From: an uncultured Planctomycetaceae bacterium
GTDB taxonomy: Bacteria > Planctomycetota > Planctomycetia > Planctomycetales > Planctomycetaceae
NCBI GenBank assembly: GCA_963815195.1
Contig: CAWFGE010000004.1
Coordinates: 1 to 64,000 of the forward strand
DNA length: 64,000 nucleotides
Reading direction: 5' to 3'
This document shows, in pieces, positions 11,311 through 23,548 of the stretch. A program made the position numbers and the translations under genes. Within the stretch, counting starts at the first letter, position 1. Each line of letters starts with the position of its first letter. Under the pieces are notes generated by a model. The model saw only the letters and a program-made list of their open reading frames with translations, did not search any database and was not told the DNA's origin.

Positions 11311-12204
11311 TTAATCTTTCATCTTCGTCAGTTTGACGTCCGGTTTCTCGACGCGCGTCCATTTCTTGACTTTGGTTTTGTTGCCAACGTCATAGGTTTC
11401 GAAGGAATTCTCATCCGCATGCGTGATGACGTAATCCCGGCGTGTGCCTTTGCCTTGAAGGACCGTCACGTTGTTATAGGCGGCAGCCGGCCGCCCCGCG
11501 ACTGAGTTGAACACCACGCGGTCGCCCGAGACTTCCCACTCGATATCGATGTCCAAGCTGTCGCCCACAATGTAGCGGGCGATCCCCTCGAACTGGATGA
11601 ACATGGTCCCGGTGCCGTCTTCGCGGAGTTCAAGTTGGGTCGGGCCATAGTCTTCGATTTTCGTCCAATGGCCTAATAGGGCCTTGCGGTATTTGTCCTG
11701 GAGGGCGACCTGCTCGGCGACGCGTTGGCGCTCGGCTTCGGCTTCCGCGAGCTTTTGGTCGGCGGTTTTGAGCTTGTCCTCGGCGGCTTTGAGCTCGGTT
11801 TTCGCGGCTTCCAATGCTTTCCCCGCTTGAGCCAATGTCTCTTCCGCGGCCTCTACGGCGTTGTCGGCGGCGGATTGCCGGGCTTCTTCCAGCGTTTCCT
11901 GGGCGGATTGCCATTCAGCTTCCGCCGACTTCACGGCCTGTTTCGCGGCGGCGAGGGCTTCTTGATCCTCCTGGACCCGGGACTTGGCTTTTTGCTCCCG
12001 GGAGGCGGCTTGCGCTGCGTTGGGTTTTTCGTAATTCGGCAGCGAGTCGCTTTTGGTTTCGCCCTTCAGAAAATGAAACGCCGTGGCGCTGCCTGTCCCG
12101 ATGAGCAGAAAACACACGAAAGTCCACTTCAAAAATCGCCGGCGTTTGCGGGCCGGCGGTTCGGCGACCTGAGCCTGTTCGGGGGAACTTGGAATGGTTG
12201 TCAT
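11311..12204 (-). CDS. Hypothetical membrane-anchored coiled-coil protein with a C-terminal beta domain
   Basis: Basic patch plus TM, long Ala/Glu/Lys heptad region, then LLGHW...DGTGTM beta-rich domain. Confidence 0.7.
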   Translation of the reverse strand: MTTIPSSPEQAQVAEPPARKRRRFLKWTFVCFLLIGTGSATAFHFLKGETKSDSLPNYEKPNAAQAASREQKAKSRVQEDQEALAAAKQAVKSAEAEWQSAQETLEEARQSAADNAVEAAEETLAQAGKALEAAKTELKAAEDKLKTADQKLAEAEAERQRVAEQVALQDKYRKALLGHWTKIEDYGPTQLELREDGTGTMFIQFEGIARYIVGDSLDIDIEWEVSGDRVVFNSVAGRPAAAYNNVTVLQGKGTRRDYVITHADENSFETYDVGNKTKVKKWTRVEKPDVKLTKMKD

Positions 12205-12430
12205 AAAGCCACCATAGGGGAGCAAAGGGTGACAAAGATTTCAGTTGTCATACCCAAAAATATCGCGGACCGCTTCAACGGTCGCGAAAATTTGGGGGAA
12301 TTGGTCAACCGCAAGAAAGGATACGTCGAGAACCGAGATATGAAAAGGCAGGAAAGGGAGGCAATTTCTATGGGCATTTTAGCCCGCGCCACCCGCGAGG
12401 AAAGGGTTTTCCTCATGGGCTTGGAGAAAA

Positions 12431-13994
12431 TCATTCTCGCGACGACCGGGCGAGATCATAAACGCGGTAGGTGCCGTTTTGATAGACCGGTTCGATCGGC
12501 ATTGTGCCTTTTTGGAGGATGACGTAACTCAAGTGAGCATCGTTTCGGAGCGCCTCGGCGATTCCATCATTCATGCGGTCGTTCCACTCGATGATGCCCG
12601 CGGCGTTTTGGGGGCAGTCTTTGCGGCAGACGTATTCCGCCCGCTGGGCGTACCATTTGAACGCCCAACTGCCGCGGGGCGTCCAGACCACGGCGTCTTG
12701 GGGCGTGTTCTCGCGAATCCAGCGGCAGACATCCTTCCAATCGGCAAGCTGCGATTCGCTCATGCGGCTGGGATTCCGATCGACGGCCGGATAGGTCAAC
12801 GAGAAAGCCAGCAAACCGGCGAAGATCAGCCAGTTCCGCTCTTTCGCGTAGGGGGCGAGGGAAAGTTTCGGCGGCGGGCCGTCCCCGAGTCCGCGCGCGG
12901 CCAGTCCCGCCAAGGTGATCGCCGCCGCTGCGGGCAACAGCACGTCGGCCAGTCGAAACGGATAGAACTTCAGCAGCCGATACCGCCACGTCACATCGGA
13001 CCAGGACGCGACGGGCCGGTCTCCGTATCCGAGCGCCACACCCGCCACCGCGATGACAACGCTGGCTCCCACGAACCAGGCGAACCACCGCTCCGCGGCC
13101 CCCCAACCGCCCCGATAACGCGCGACCAGCCACAAGACGAGCAGCAATCCATAGGCGACGTAGCCGGCTTGGGAAAACGCCATCGGATCGAGATGATGCC
13201 GAATGCGATGAAACACTTGAAGCCAGGTGGCGATCAGCGTTTCCCGCCCGTCCCCGACCTGCACCAACTTCAGGGCGGGCCAAATCCCCGGCAGGCAGGC
13301 GATCGCGAACATTCCCGCCGCCAGGAGCCAATGTCCGAGGGTGAAGCGCCGCTGGGCGGTGTGGGATTCTTCATCGGCGCGAATGGGAACGAAGCGGGTG
13401 GCGAGCATGGCTGCTCCCGCCGCGATCACCATCCATCCGCCGACCACCGGATGGAAGCTCACGCCCAACCCCGCCAAGAGCGCGGCTCGAACGAGCAGCC
13501 GATCAAACCACGCCGCGACCGCCCAGAACCCGAACCCGTAGGCGAAGACCTTGGCCTCGACGCCGCCGACCATCCATTCGCCGGACCAATTCCCGGCGGC
13601 GGCCATCGCCAGGTAGACCCAAGCCGCCCACAAGCTCGTCCAGCGGCCGGGGACCAGAAAACCCCGCAGCGGACCCAGCCCCACGCCAAGATCCCCAAGG
13701 CCATAGATCGCGCCAGCCAGGCGGTTTGCTCCAGCGTGAGAACCCGCGTGAACACGCCCACGGTTTGATAGAACACCAGGTGCGTATCGGCGGAATTGAG
13801 AAAGAAATCCCGCGGGCACCACTCGGGATTCCAATAGTGCTTGGCTTTGGCGAGGTAATGCGGCTCGTTGACGCCCGGCACCGGCGAGCGAATCGCGGAA
13901 AACGCCAACAGGCTCGCCAACACCGCGCACCACACCGCCCACGGCCTTTTTGCGCATCGTGACGAGAGGAAGCGTCTTCCGGGGAGTTGTCCAT
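12431..13994 (-). CDS. Polytopic membrane protein (DUF6798-like); frameshift near 13670, possibly a second near 13950
   Basis: PGVNEPHYLAKAKHYWNPEWC in one frame joins GEWMVGGVEAK...RIRHHLDP...FKWYAQRAEYV..KDCPQ in another. Start is uncertain. Confidence 0.7.
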
Positions 13995-14099
13995 GATCGA
14001 TCGGCCGTTGTCCCGCCAAAAGAAACTCCCGCATTCACGGGAACGCGGGAGATCGGCTTTGGAAAAACGGAGGTTGGAGAATCGTGCGGCTGCCGCGAT

Positions 14100-14330
14100 C
14101 TATTTCTTCTTTTTGGCCGGAGGTTTCTTGGCGGCCGCTTTCTTTTTGGCGGGGGCTTTTTTCTTGGGGGAGGCGGCGGCTTGGGGGGCCTTTTTCGCGG
14201 CTTTTTTTGCGGATTTCTTGGCCGCTTTTTTCTTGCCGCCTTTGGCTCCCCCGGACTTGTCGCCGAAGATGCGATCCCAATTCTCCCAAAACTCCGGTGT
14301 GGCTCCCGTCCGAACAATCGGCCCACTCAT
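14100..14330 (-). CDS. Small basic protein with a histone H1-like Lys/Ala tail
   Basis: MSGPIVRTGATPEFWENWDRIFG followed by KKAAKK repeats; GGGAG RBS upstream. Confidence 0.75.
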   Translation of the reverse strand: MSGPIVRTGATPEFWENWDRIFGDKSGGAKGGKKKAAKKSAKKAAKKAPQAAASPKKKAPAKKKAAAKKPPAKKKK

Positions 14331-14562
14331 GTTGCTACTCCCAGCGTTCTAAATCTGCGAAAACTCGCAAGTGAGGAAGATGACTCAGTTTGAATTTCGG
14401 GTTGACTTCCGCGAATTCCCAAAACCGAATTGTTCTCGTCGCCGCGGAGGTTGTCAACCGTCAAAAACCCGCAGCACCCGCCCGCCGGCGATTTTGTGCT
14501 TTATCTATCGAACCCGCGCGCGGGAGACTTGAGGCGTTTCCGGGTCTCCTCGGGGTCGGCGG

Positions 14563-17126
14563 CTACTTCTTTTGCAGTTTTTCGATCTGCTTTTCCAATT
14601 TCTGGTATTGCTCCTTGAGCTTGTCCAATTCGCTTTGCAGCTTTTGCAGTTGTTCCGGAGACGATTTTTTCTCGTCGAACTTTTTGATCGCCCGGGCCGC
14701 GGCGGTGCGGACGCGGGCATCGGCGTCGTGATCGGCCATCGTGGCGATGCGCTCTTTTTCCTTTTGCGCGAGATGAGGAACCTCCACGAGCGCCGCCATC
14801 GCCGCCCGCCGAACCCGCGGCCCCGGTTCTTTCAAATACGAGGCCAGAAGTTCCACCGCGTCGGTTTGAGCCTCCTTGGAGAAGTCGTGCTTCTTCAAGG
14901 ATTGGGCGAGCGCATTGATCGCCGCCAGACGCGCGGTGCGGGAATGCCCGCGCTTCGTCCAGGTTTCCAAAACCTTCAAGGCGCCGGCGTCCGCACACCG
15001 CGACAAGCCCTGCAGGGCCTCGGTGCGGATCACATCCCGGTGCGACTCCTTTTCGAGCGCCGCCTCGAAAAGTTTTCGATCGGGAGTCTCGGTGATCTTC
15101 GCGAGCGCCTGCACCACCGCGGCTTCCACAAAATAACTCTCATCGCCCGCTTCGTGCTTGGCCTTGAGCAATTGGGCGAGTTCCGCGTCGTCTTCGTAGG
15201 CTCCCAACGCGGCCGCACAGTCCCGGCGGACTTTGGGATGCGATTCTTTCAAGCCCGCGGCCAAGGCGTCCCGCGAATCGGCGTGATGGCTCTTCCCGAG
15301 CGCCGACGCCGCAGCCTTCCGCACGCCGTAAAAACCGTCCTGCTTGAGACACGCCCTGAGCAGTTCGCGGTTGGCGGCGGATTGATTCTTCGCAAAATGC
15401 TCTACCGCCCGCAGCCGCTCGGCCACGGTCGGGCCCTCGGTCAGTTGCGCCACCCACCATGCGTGCGATTTGTCTTCCTCGATGTCGGCGAGAAGCGTGA
15501 ACTCGGGATCGATCCGCACCAACGCCGGCCGCGATTTGACGGGCAGCAAAAACGTCTGCTCTTTCTCTTTGATAAAGGGCGTGATCGTCACCGGCTCGCC
15601 GCCTGCGCCGGCTTTGGTCAGTTCGATCGTGAGCGGGAAGTGGAAGGCTTCGTCTTTCTGCGTTTGCCGGATTTCGATTTTGACGAAGCCGTCTTCCGGT
15701 TGATGCGTGGTTTTGATGTTGAGTTCCGGATGGCCTTTCCGCTCGGTCCAGTCGTGGAAAAAACGTTCCAGCGACACGCCGTAGAGCCGTTCGAATGATT
15801 TGCGAAGGTCGGAGGTCTCCGCGGTGCGGTAGGCGTATTCCAGCCCGTAGCGTTTGAGGCCACGAAAGAAATCCGCATCACCCAGCCGGCTGCGGAGCAT
15901 GTGCAGCACCCAGCCGCCTTTGGGATAGGCCCGCACGTCGAACATTGTGTCCGGCCCCGGATACCGCCGATCCACGATGGGCCGTTCCTTCGCGGTGCCG
16001 CTGCGGGCCGATTGGCTTTTCTGGTAGAGCAAATAGTCCCGCTCGTCCCGGCCGAGCTTGTGCTCGCACCACAGCACTTCGCAGTAGGTGGCGAAGCCCT
16101 CGTTGAGCCACAAATGCGACCAATCCCGGCACGTGACGAGATCGCCCCACCACTGGTGCCCCAACTCGTGGGAAATCAAACCGTCGGGCGAGCTGTCGAT
16201 CAGGGCGCGGGCGTCGTGCATCACGCCGTCGTGCAGCGTCGTCGCGCTCGTGTTCTCCATCCCGCCCGCGGTGAATTGCTCGACGACCACCTGAGCGTAT
16301 TTTTCCCAGGGATATTCGATGCCGAACTTCTCGCTGAAGAAATCCAGCATCTCCGGCGTGTGGCGGAAGGTTTGTTTGGCGTCCTGTTCGCGGTCGGGCG
16401 AGACGTAGTAGGTGATGGGCCGGCCGCGCCAATTCTCTTCGACAATCGCAAACTTGCCCGCGACCAACGTCACCAGGTACGAGACGTGCGGCTTGTCCTG
16501 CTTCCAATGGAATTCGATCCGCCCGTCTTCGATCGGCCGTTTTTCGACGAGCCGGCCGTTCGAGAGCACGGTAAAATCCTTGTCCACGCGGGCGATGAGT
16601 TCCGTCGTCTGCCGTTCGTTCGGCCGATCGAAACACGGGAACCAATAGCGGTTGTCTTCCGCTTCGCCTTGGCTCCAGACCATCCAGGGAATGTCCGGCT
16701 CGGCTTCGGTCGGCCGGAAAAAGTGCAAACCCGACTGGGGATGCTTCGCTTCGTAGGCAATTTCGATCCGCCGCCGCTCGCCGGGCTTTTGCGGTTCGGC
16801 GAACCGGATCACCAATTGCTTCCCGGTGTTTTCGAAATCGAGGTTTTTGCCCGGCTCGCCTTTGGGGGACACGTCGCGAACCTGGGAGATTTTGAAATCG
16901 ACCGCATCCAGCGCCAGCGACGACAGCGGCCGAATCGGCTCGAAATCCAACGTCGCCGTGCCTCGAATGGTTTGTTCCTTGAGCGAGACATCCAGATCCA
17001 ACCGGATGTGCAGAATGTCCGCCGCCCGGTCGGCCGGGGCGCGGTAGGCTTCGTTCGTTTGGCCCTGCGCAAACCGGCCAACAATCCAAACAGCAACCAA
17101 GCGGTGATCAAGCGAGACTTCGGCAT
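14563..17126 (-). CDS. pepN: M1 family aminopeptidase with C-terminal HEAT repeats and coiled coil; apparent frameshift near 17070, at the end of the signal peptide
   Basis: GGMEN, HELGHQWWGD, LWLNEGFATY, AYPKGG. Signal peptide MPKSRLITAWLLFGLLAGL lies in the adjacent frame. Confidence 0.88.
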
Positions 17127-17331
17127 AAAACCCCCGGCCTATCAGAGGAAAAGAGTCAACAACATTCACCATACTGGAATCGACCGGCTGCGAAAATACA
17201 AGCGGGCGCCGGAGAGACTTGCGGCCTTTGCTCTTGCCGCGCGGCGGAGATCGCGGATGCCCGGACGTAAGCTACAAATCGACGCAAGCGAAAGTCAAAC
17301 GGGCCAGAGTCGTGGACTCCGCGCGAATTGA

Positions 17332-19979
17332 CTAATCCACAAACGCGAACTCGTTGGAGAGCATTAGCACCTGGGCGTACCGCTGCCAGGCCGAAAGCCC
17401 AGCCGGTGCCGGGCCACGGAAGTCCTCTTTGGAACGCGCTGCGATCTCTTCGCCGGTTTGGGATGTTTTCAATCGAAGCGAGACGGTCCACTGGAACGAA
17501 TCGAATCCGGTGTCCCCCCGGCAGTCGACGGTGAAATCGCAGGTGTCGCCCGCTTTCACGGGCAGGGATTCCATTTGCGTTCGCGTTTGCGATTCGTGAA
17601 CGGTCCAGGTCTGGATTGGTTCCTGACCGTTCAAAGAAATCCCAGCCCGCACGCCGTTGCCTTGCTTGTCGGGATGTTTGAGGAACCCGCGGATCGAAAG
17701 CATCCCCTCTTTGGGAGCCGTCCACCGGCGGACGACGGCGAAGCCCCGCGCGGGATGTCCGCCGTTCGCGTTCAATGTCGCCCAGCCCAAGTTGGGATCG
17801 GGCAAATCTGGCCCGCCCTGCCACGCCGAGCCCGTCCAATGGGGCAGCGGATGAAACTCCGTCACACGCTTGGTCTTTTCACCGAACGGGCCATAACCGT
17901 AAGCCCACGGGCTGTTGTCCGCTTCTTTGAATTCATCCGGCCGGGCTGGTTGAAGAAACTCGCGGGCCAAGGCCAATTCCTCGGCCGAAGGATGGCGGGC
18001 CAAGCACAGATGATACAAGTGGACGATGCGGGCGTCGGTGTTTTCGGTCTCATTCTCCAACCGCGACCGCTCGGCAAGATGCACGGCTTGCCGCATGAGG
18101 AAGGGGCTGTTCAACAAAAAAAGACCCTGCTGCGGAACGGTGGTGTTATAGCGTTTGGGGCTGTGCGTATCCGGGCTGGCGAAATCGAACGTGCGAAACA
18201 AGCCCGGCAGGTTCTGGCGATCGATGAAACTGTAAACCGTCCGCCGACTCGCGAACGGCGGCGATTCGATCTTCACCGAAGGCCCGCCCATCGCGAGATC
18301 CAACTGCCCGCTGACCGCGAGCGCGCTATCCCTTAGGGCCTCGAAATCGAGGCGGCGGCGATTCATCCGCCAATAGAGGGTGTTATCGACGTCCAAGGTT
18401 TTGGAGGCGAACGTGCCGTCCGGTTTGCGCGGGGCGGGCAGCGATGACGATTGCCGATACGCCGCCGAGAGCACGATTTGCCGATGCAGATGTTTGAGCG
18501 ACCAACCGCGTTCGATGAAGTCACTCGCCAGCCAATCCAAGAGTTCGGGATGCGTGGGCGGCGAACTCCGGCGGCCGAAGTCGCTGGGCGTATCCACCAG
18601 GTGACTTCCAAAGAAATGCCCCCACACGCGGTTGACCATCACCCGGGCCGTGAGCGGATTCTGCGGCGAAGCGATCGCCTCGGCGAGTTCCTTGCGGCCG
18701 CTGCCTTCGGTAAACGGCTTTCGGTCTTCGCCCGCCACGCAGAGCAAAAACCGCCGGGGCACCCGCGGCCCATGATTGGACGGGCTGCCCCGTAAAAACA
18801 CATAAGGATCCCAAGGCTTTTTGTCGTCTACCAACCGCAGCGGATACTCCCCATCTTTCGGCTCATCGCTCGAAGCGAATACGCCGTACAGCGAATAATA
18901 ATCGGCCGAGGGGATCGGATCGTATTTGTGGTCGTGGCATCTCGCACAGCCCACGGTCAGCCCCATCAGACCCCGCGTGGCGACGTCGATGCGGTCGTCG
19001 ATGATGTCGTGCCGATTGTTCAAAAACCGCCGGCCCAACGTCAAAAACCCCATCGCGGCGAGTTCGTCCTGGTTCGATTCCCCGACATATTGATCGGCCG
19101 CCAACTGATACTTGATGAATCGATCGAACGGCATATCGTTGTTGAAAGCCCGGATCACCCAGTCGCGGTATGTGTAGGCCTTTGGGTAGTTGCGGTCTTC
19201 CTGAAACACATAGCCTTTGGTGTCCGCATAGCGGGCGATGTCCAGCCAATACCTCGCCCAGCGTTCGCCGTACCGCGGCGACGCCAGCAAGCGATTGACC
19301 ACGTCTTCATAAGCCCCGGCCGAGCGGTCGGCTGCGAAAGCTTTCATCTCCTCCATTGTGGGAGGCAGGCCGGTCAAATCGAACGTGACCCGCCGGAGCC
19401 AGGTTCGGCGGTCGGCTTCCGGGGCGGGCACGAGTTCGTGGTTTTCCAATCGCGAGAGAATGAAAAAATCCACCGGCGACTTCGGCCAGGCGGACTGTTT
19501 GACCGCGGGCCGTTCCAGCCGATGGATCGGTTGAAACGCCCAATGCTGTTTCCAAGCCTCACCGTCGGCATGGTGATTCGCGACGGCCGATCCCGATGAC
19601 TTCGGCCAAGAGGCTCCCTCCTTGATCCACTTCTCCAGACTGGCCAGCTCCGCAGCCGGGAGCTTGCCGGCGGGCGGCATTTGAATGTCGCCTTCCTCAT
19701 ACTGGACGACCTGAAGCAGCCGGCTGTCGTCGGCTTTTCCCGCGACGACGGCCGGTCCGTTTTCGTTGCCTTTCAGCATGAACTGCGCGAATCCAGCCGC
19801 AGACCGCCCTGCTGTTTTTTCGGGCCGTGGCATTCAAAGCAATGTTTCGCCAACACCGGCCGGACTTCCTTTTCGAAGAACGCCTCCCGCTCGGCGTCGG
19901 ATTCCGCCCCGACCACGGAAGCGGCCGTCACCACGCCAAAAAAAAGCCAACACAGCGGGAACGAAACAGGACGAGACAT
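17332..19979 (-). CDS. Planctomycete cytochrome c + DUF1549/DUF1553 (PSD1) protein; apparent frameshift near 19785
   Basis: [84 protein letters not shown]. Confidence 0.9.
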
Positions 19980-20183
19980 ATCACACTTGGCAGGCAAAAG
20001 AGGAGGGCAAACAGCAGGCGGGCGGGAACGCAAAATCGAAATCGCGTCCCATCCACGATTGTAAATCATTCCGAAAGGAAATCCCAGCACGAGAGCGCCG
20101 TCTCCGCCCGGGACAGTTGCTCAAAGGACCGGAGGGACACAGGATCCCGTGGCGGGGCCAAAATCCGGACCGGCGGCGGCATG

Positions 20184-20211
20184 TTGCCAAACCCGCGAAT
20201 CCTCGTACAAT
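20184..20211 (+). promoter_or_regulatory. Putative sigma70-type promoter
   Basis: TTGCCA-N16-TACAAT, about 90 bp upstream of the CDS at 20302. Confidence 0.5.
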
Positions 20212-20301
20212 TCTATGGATGCGAATTCGCCCGTTGATCGAAGAAAAGGCCGCCGCCCCGTTTCCCGTGCGCACGGCTTGTCAGGAAAGTGATTGCCTCT
20301 C

Positions 20302-20793
20302 ATGCCTGCTGATTCCGTTTCGCCGCCCCAACAATCCGGCAACAGATCTTCGGGAGTGCCGGGATCTTTTGTGGTGCTCGGGATGTTCGCTTTTGGGATT
20401 CTTGCGACGGGGATTCTGTTTGCCTATTGGCAGTGGCACACCGCGCCGTTTCAGGAATTGCAGATGGCGCTCGCCAAAGAATTTCCCGGCTGCCGGCCGC
20501 GGGTGGAAGGCGGGCAGCACAAAACGCACAAAGGCACGCCGCGGATTCTACGCGTCGTGCTGAAAGTCGATTTTCGGCCGGATCAAAAAACGGCCCGGTC
20601 CGAAGCGATGGCCGACCGCGTGATGGTATTGGCGGCGATCCATCTCCATCAAGAACCGCTCACGGATTATGAGGTCGTGGAAATCCATCTCTATTATCCC
20701 GAGCAGGAGAAGGCGATTCACGAGGACGTCATCGAGCGCCGCGTCGCATCGTCGGCCGGCGGTGTCGCGGGGCGGACGAAACCACAACCCTGA
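20302..20793 (+). CDS. Hypothetical protein with one TM helix
   Basis: Clean ORF with a hydrophobic N-terminal segment, directly upstream of the BI-1 gene. Confidence 0.7.
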   Translation: MPADSVSPPQQSGNRSSGVPGSFVVLGMFAFGILATGILFAYWQWHTAPFQELQMALAKEFPGCRPRVEGGQHKTHKGTPRILRVVLKVDFRPDQKTARSEAMADRVMVLAAIHLHQEPLTDYEVVEIHLYYPEQEKAIHEDVIERRVASSAGGVAGRTKPQP

Positions 20794-20804
20794 GGGAACG
20801 CGGG

Positions 20805-21535
20805 ATGTCTTACGGCCGTTCATCCCATCTCGGTTACGGTTACGAGGGTGTGGCCGCGGATGCCGTCGCCGAAGATAGGCGGGCCTTCATCCGCCGCACT
20901 TACGCCCATGTGTTCGGAGCGGTTTTGGCCTTTGTGGGACTCGAGGCCTTGCTACAAAACGCGATGTCCGAACCCCTCAAAAGGGAAGTGACGGACTTTA
21001 TGCTCTCGAGTTGGTTCCTGGTGCTGGGAGCCTTTATCGCGGTGAGTTGGCTGGGCGACAAATGGGCCCATCGCGATGCCTCCCAAGGCATTCAGTATGC
21101 GGGCCTTGCGATTTACGTTCTCGCCGAGGTGCTCATTTTCATGCCGCTGTTGATTGCCGCTAACGATCAGCGGTTCGGCGGCGGGCCGGATGTGATTCCG
21201 AGCGCTCGTTTCTGACGCTGTTCATCTTCGGCGGACTGACGGCGGCGGTCACGCTGTCCAAGAAGGACTTTTCGTTCCTGGGCGGTTTTCTGTGGATCAC
21301 GAGTCTGGCGGCGTTGGGACTCTTCGCGGTTGCCTTTGTTACGACGCTTTCGCTCGGAATCTGGTTTGCCCTCGCGATGATTTTGTTGATGTCCGGCTTT
21401 GTTCTCTATCACACCTCGAACATCCTCCATCATTACCGCACCACGCAGCACGTCGCCGCGGCTTTGGCCTTGTTGTCCTCGGCGGCCACGCTGTTCTGGT
21501 ACGTTCTGCAATTCGCAATGGCCAGCGACGAATAG
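20805..21535 (+). CDS. Bax inhibitor-1/YccA family membrane protein; apparent frameshift near 21208
   Basis: RRAFIRRTYAHV, then LTLFIFGGLTAAV..SKKDFSFLGGFL and VLYHTSNILHHY..QHVAAALAL in the second frame. Confidence 0.85.
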
Positions 21536-21545
21536 TGTTCCGCGG

Positions 21546-22529
21546 TTAGAAATTGCTAACAGGCCAACCGTCGTTGATGGAAAACAGCCGTTGGTAGACC
21601 CCGTAACCCGCCCCGCCGTTGGGTTTGTCAAAGGCATTCGTGTTGTCAATCCAGAGCGCGGTGGTGTGTTGGATGTTCTCGCTGATGAAGCGAACCGATC
21701 CGTCCCCTAAAAGGAATTGGGCGCCCCCGACGTGTTCGCTGCCCGCCGTGCGATAGGGTTGGGGATTTCCCGCCGGCTGGGTCCAGTTCATTTTGTACTG
21801 CCCCTGGCAAAGGAGGACGTTCGTCCCGCCGTCGGCGTATCCGGAGGCATTGCAGTCTCCGTACAGCCGGGCCTGATTCCGCCCGTTGTTGTCCATGTCC
21901 CACTTCACCTCGGCCACGATGATCGTATTGGTCGCTCCATCTTTGAGATCGCGAATGCGGGTCGGCTGGCCGCGGTTGTCCCGCTCGAACGCGCCGTTGT
22001 AGCGAAGTTTGTTGGGATTGCCCCCGACCACTGCGGTTGTATAGCCGTCATAGGCGCCCGCCACGGCCTGGTAGCTTGTCGTGGCTTGTTGATTCACCGC
22101 GCGATTGTTGTAGTTATTCGGCTTGTCGTCCGAGGGACAACTGAAAATTGTCAAAAACGTCTGGGCGAGAGTCACGTTCGGAGCCTGGGCGAGGGGGACG
22201 CTCGGATTGAACTGCTTAAACAGCGGGGCCTGGTCGATATGCGGGAGAATCGACCACGACCAGGCGAACCCCGTACCTCCCTTGCCACTCGTGGGATTGC
22301 CGTCGAAGTTTCCCAGATACATGTGGCCGATGGGGAATGTCTTATGGGTTTCATGATAATTGTGCAGGGCCAGGCCGATCTGTTTGAGGCTGTTCTTGCA
22401 CGTCGATCGACGGGCGGCTTCGCGGGCTTGCTGAACGGCCGGCAGCAAGAGGGCAATGAGGATCGCAATGATCGCAATCACCACCAAGAGCTCGATCAAC
22501 GTAAACCCGCGGCTTGGACTTCGTTTCAT
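21546..22529 (-). CDS. DUF1559 family prepilin-type protein (copy A)
   Basis: [81 protein letters not shown]. Confidence 0.95.
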   Translation of the reverse strand: MKRSPSRGFTLIELLVVIAIIAILIALLLPAVQQAREAARRSTCKNSLKQIGLALHNYHETHKTFPIGHMYLGNFDGNPTSGKGGTGFAWSWSILPHIDQAPLFKQFNPSVPLAQAPNVTLAQTFLTIFSCPSDDKPNNYNNRAVNQQATTSYQAVAGAYDGYTTAVVGGNPNKLRYNGAFERDNRGQPTRIRDLKDGATNTIIVAEVKWDMDNNGRNQARLYGDCNASGYADGGTNVLLCQGQYKMNWTQPAGNPQPYRTAGSEHVGGAQFLLGDGSVRFISENIQHTTALWIDNTNAFDKPNGGAGYGVYQRLFSINDGWPVSNF

Positions 22530-22870
22530 GTCGTTTCTCCATAACGTAAGGCGGGATGAGGAAATGAACAACAAACCCGGTGCCCAACGACCAGATCAAG
22601 AAGACAAAATCGATTCCAAACCAGGCTCCGGGAAGCGGCGCCGATGGGTTGTGCAGAAAGCTTGAAGGGTTAAAATAAAAACCCCATTGCGGCGCACGCA
22701 CCGAGAACGCCGAAGTGGGAAAACGGGTTGGTGAGTGTGTAACTTTGAAGGGTGCAAACTCGCCAACCCGAGTTTTCATTTCGTGGGAACATTCCAGACT
22801 GTTCCCCGATGCCGATGCCCGCACAAATTCAACCCGCAGCCTGACCAAAGGAATCGGAGATTATTTCAAA
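22530..22870 (-). promoter_or_regulatory. Conserved structured upstream region of DUF1559 copy A
   Basis: Collinear similarity with 24534-24895; 13-bp stem 22724-22736/22758-22770 plus two small hairpins. Confidence 0.6.
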
Positions 22871-22907
22871 ATCCTGAAAACCCTCAGGCGCGAAAAATCC
22901 CACTGCC

Positions 22908-22944
22908 AAAAAACGAACCCCGCCGGGACAACCTCGGCGGGGTT
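22908..22944 (-). terminator. Intrinsic terminator after the lipoprotein gene
   Basis: AACCCCGCCG...CGGCGGGGTT stem followed by a T run on the minus strand. Confidence 0.7.
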
Positions 22945-22995
22945 TTCGGATGACACCATTTGGACTTGGTTCTTTTGGCCGGGTTCGACCCGGCC

Positions 22996-23445
22996 CTAAT
23001 CCACTGGGCGAACGGGTCCGCCGGATTTCAAATCGAAATCGGCGATGTTCTCTTTGGCCGGTTCGACGACGAACTCCAAGGTCGTTTTGGAGTTGTACGT
23101 CATCGGCACTTTTTCGGGGACGGCCGCGACGGGGTTGCCGTCGGCATCCTCGCCCGACGAACGCCCTGTGGTGATTTGCACCCGGTTTTTCCCGGGGATG
23201 GCACCCTCCCTGCCTTCCGAGAAGTGCAAAACGTATCTGCCGTTGCCGTCGGTTGTCGCGGTTCCGGGCCGGCCGCCCGTCCCGTCAAGCGGGATAAAAG
23301 TGACTTGAGCATCCGGGAGCGGCTTCCCATCGAGTTTCACGGTGCCCGTCACCGAGGCCACGTCGGGGCCGGCGGGTCCCCCGCACCCGGCGCCGACGAC
23401 GACCAGACACATCACCGCCAGATGTTTGATGTCAAATTTCCCCAT
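22996..23445 (-). CDS. Carboxypeptidase-regulatory-like (prealbumin-fold) lipoprotein, the usual DUF1559 partner
   Basis: Lipobox GAGC; VTGTVKLDGKPL, TTDGNGRYVL, GAIPG, VPMTYN, DFDL. Confidence 0.85.
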   Translation of the reverse strand: MGKFDIKHLAVMCLVVVGAGCGGPAGPDVASVTGTVKLDGKPLPDAQVTFIPLDGTGGRPGTATTDGNGRYVLHFSEGREGAIPGKNRVQITTGRSSGEDADGNPVAAVPEKVPMTYNSKTTLEFVVEPAKENIADFDLKSGGPVRPVD

Positions 23446-23548
23446 CTCAATCTCGAACCTCTTTGTAAAGGCAATAACACCCCGGAGGCAAATGCTCCGC
23501 ATGGATGATGATGATGCTTTTTGAATGATGAAACAGGACGATTAAGAC

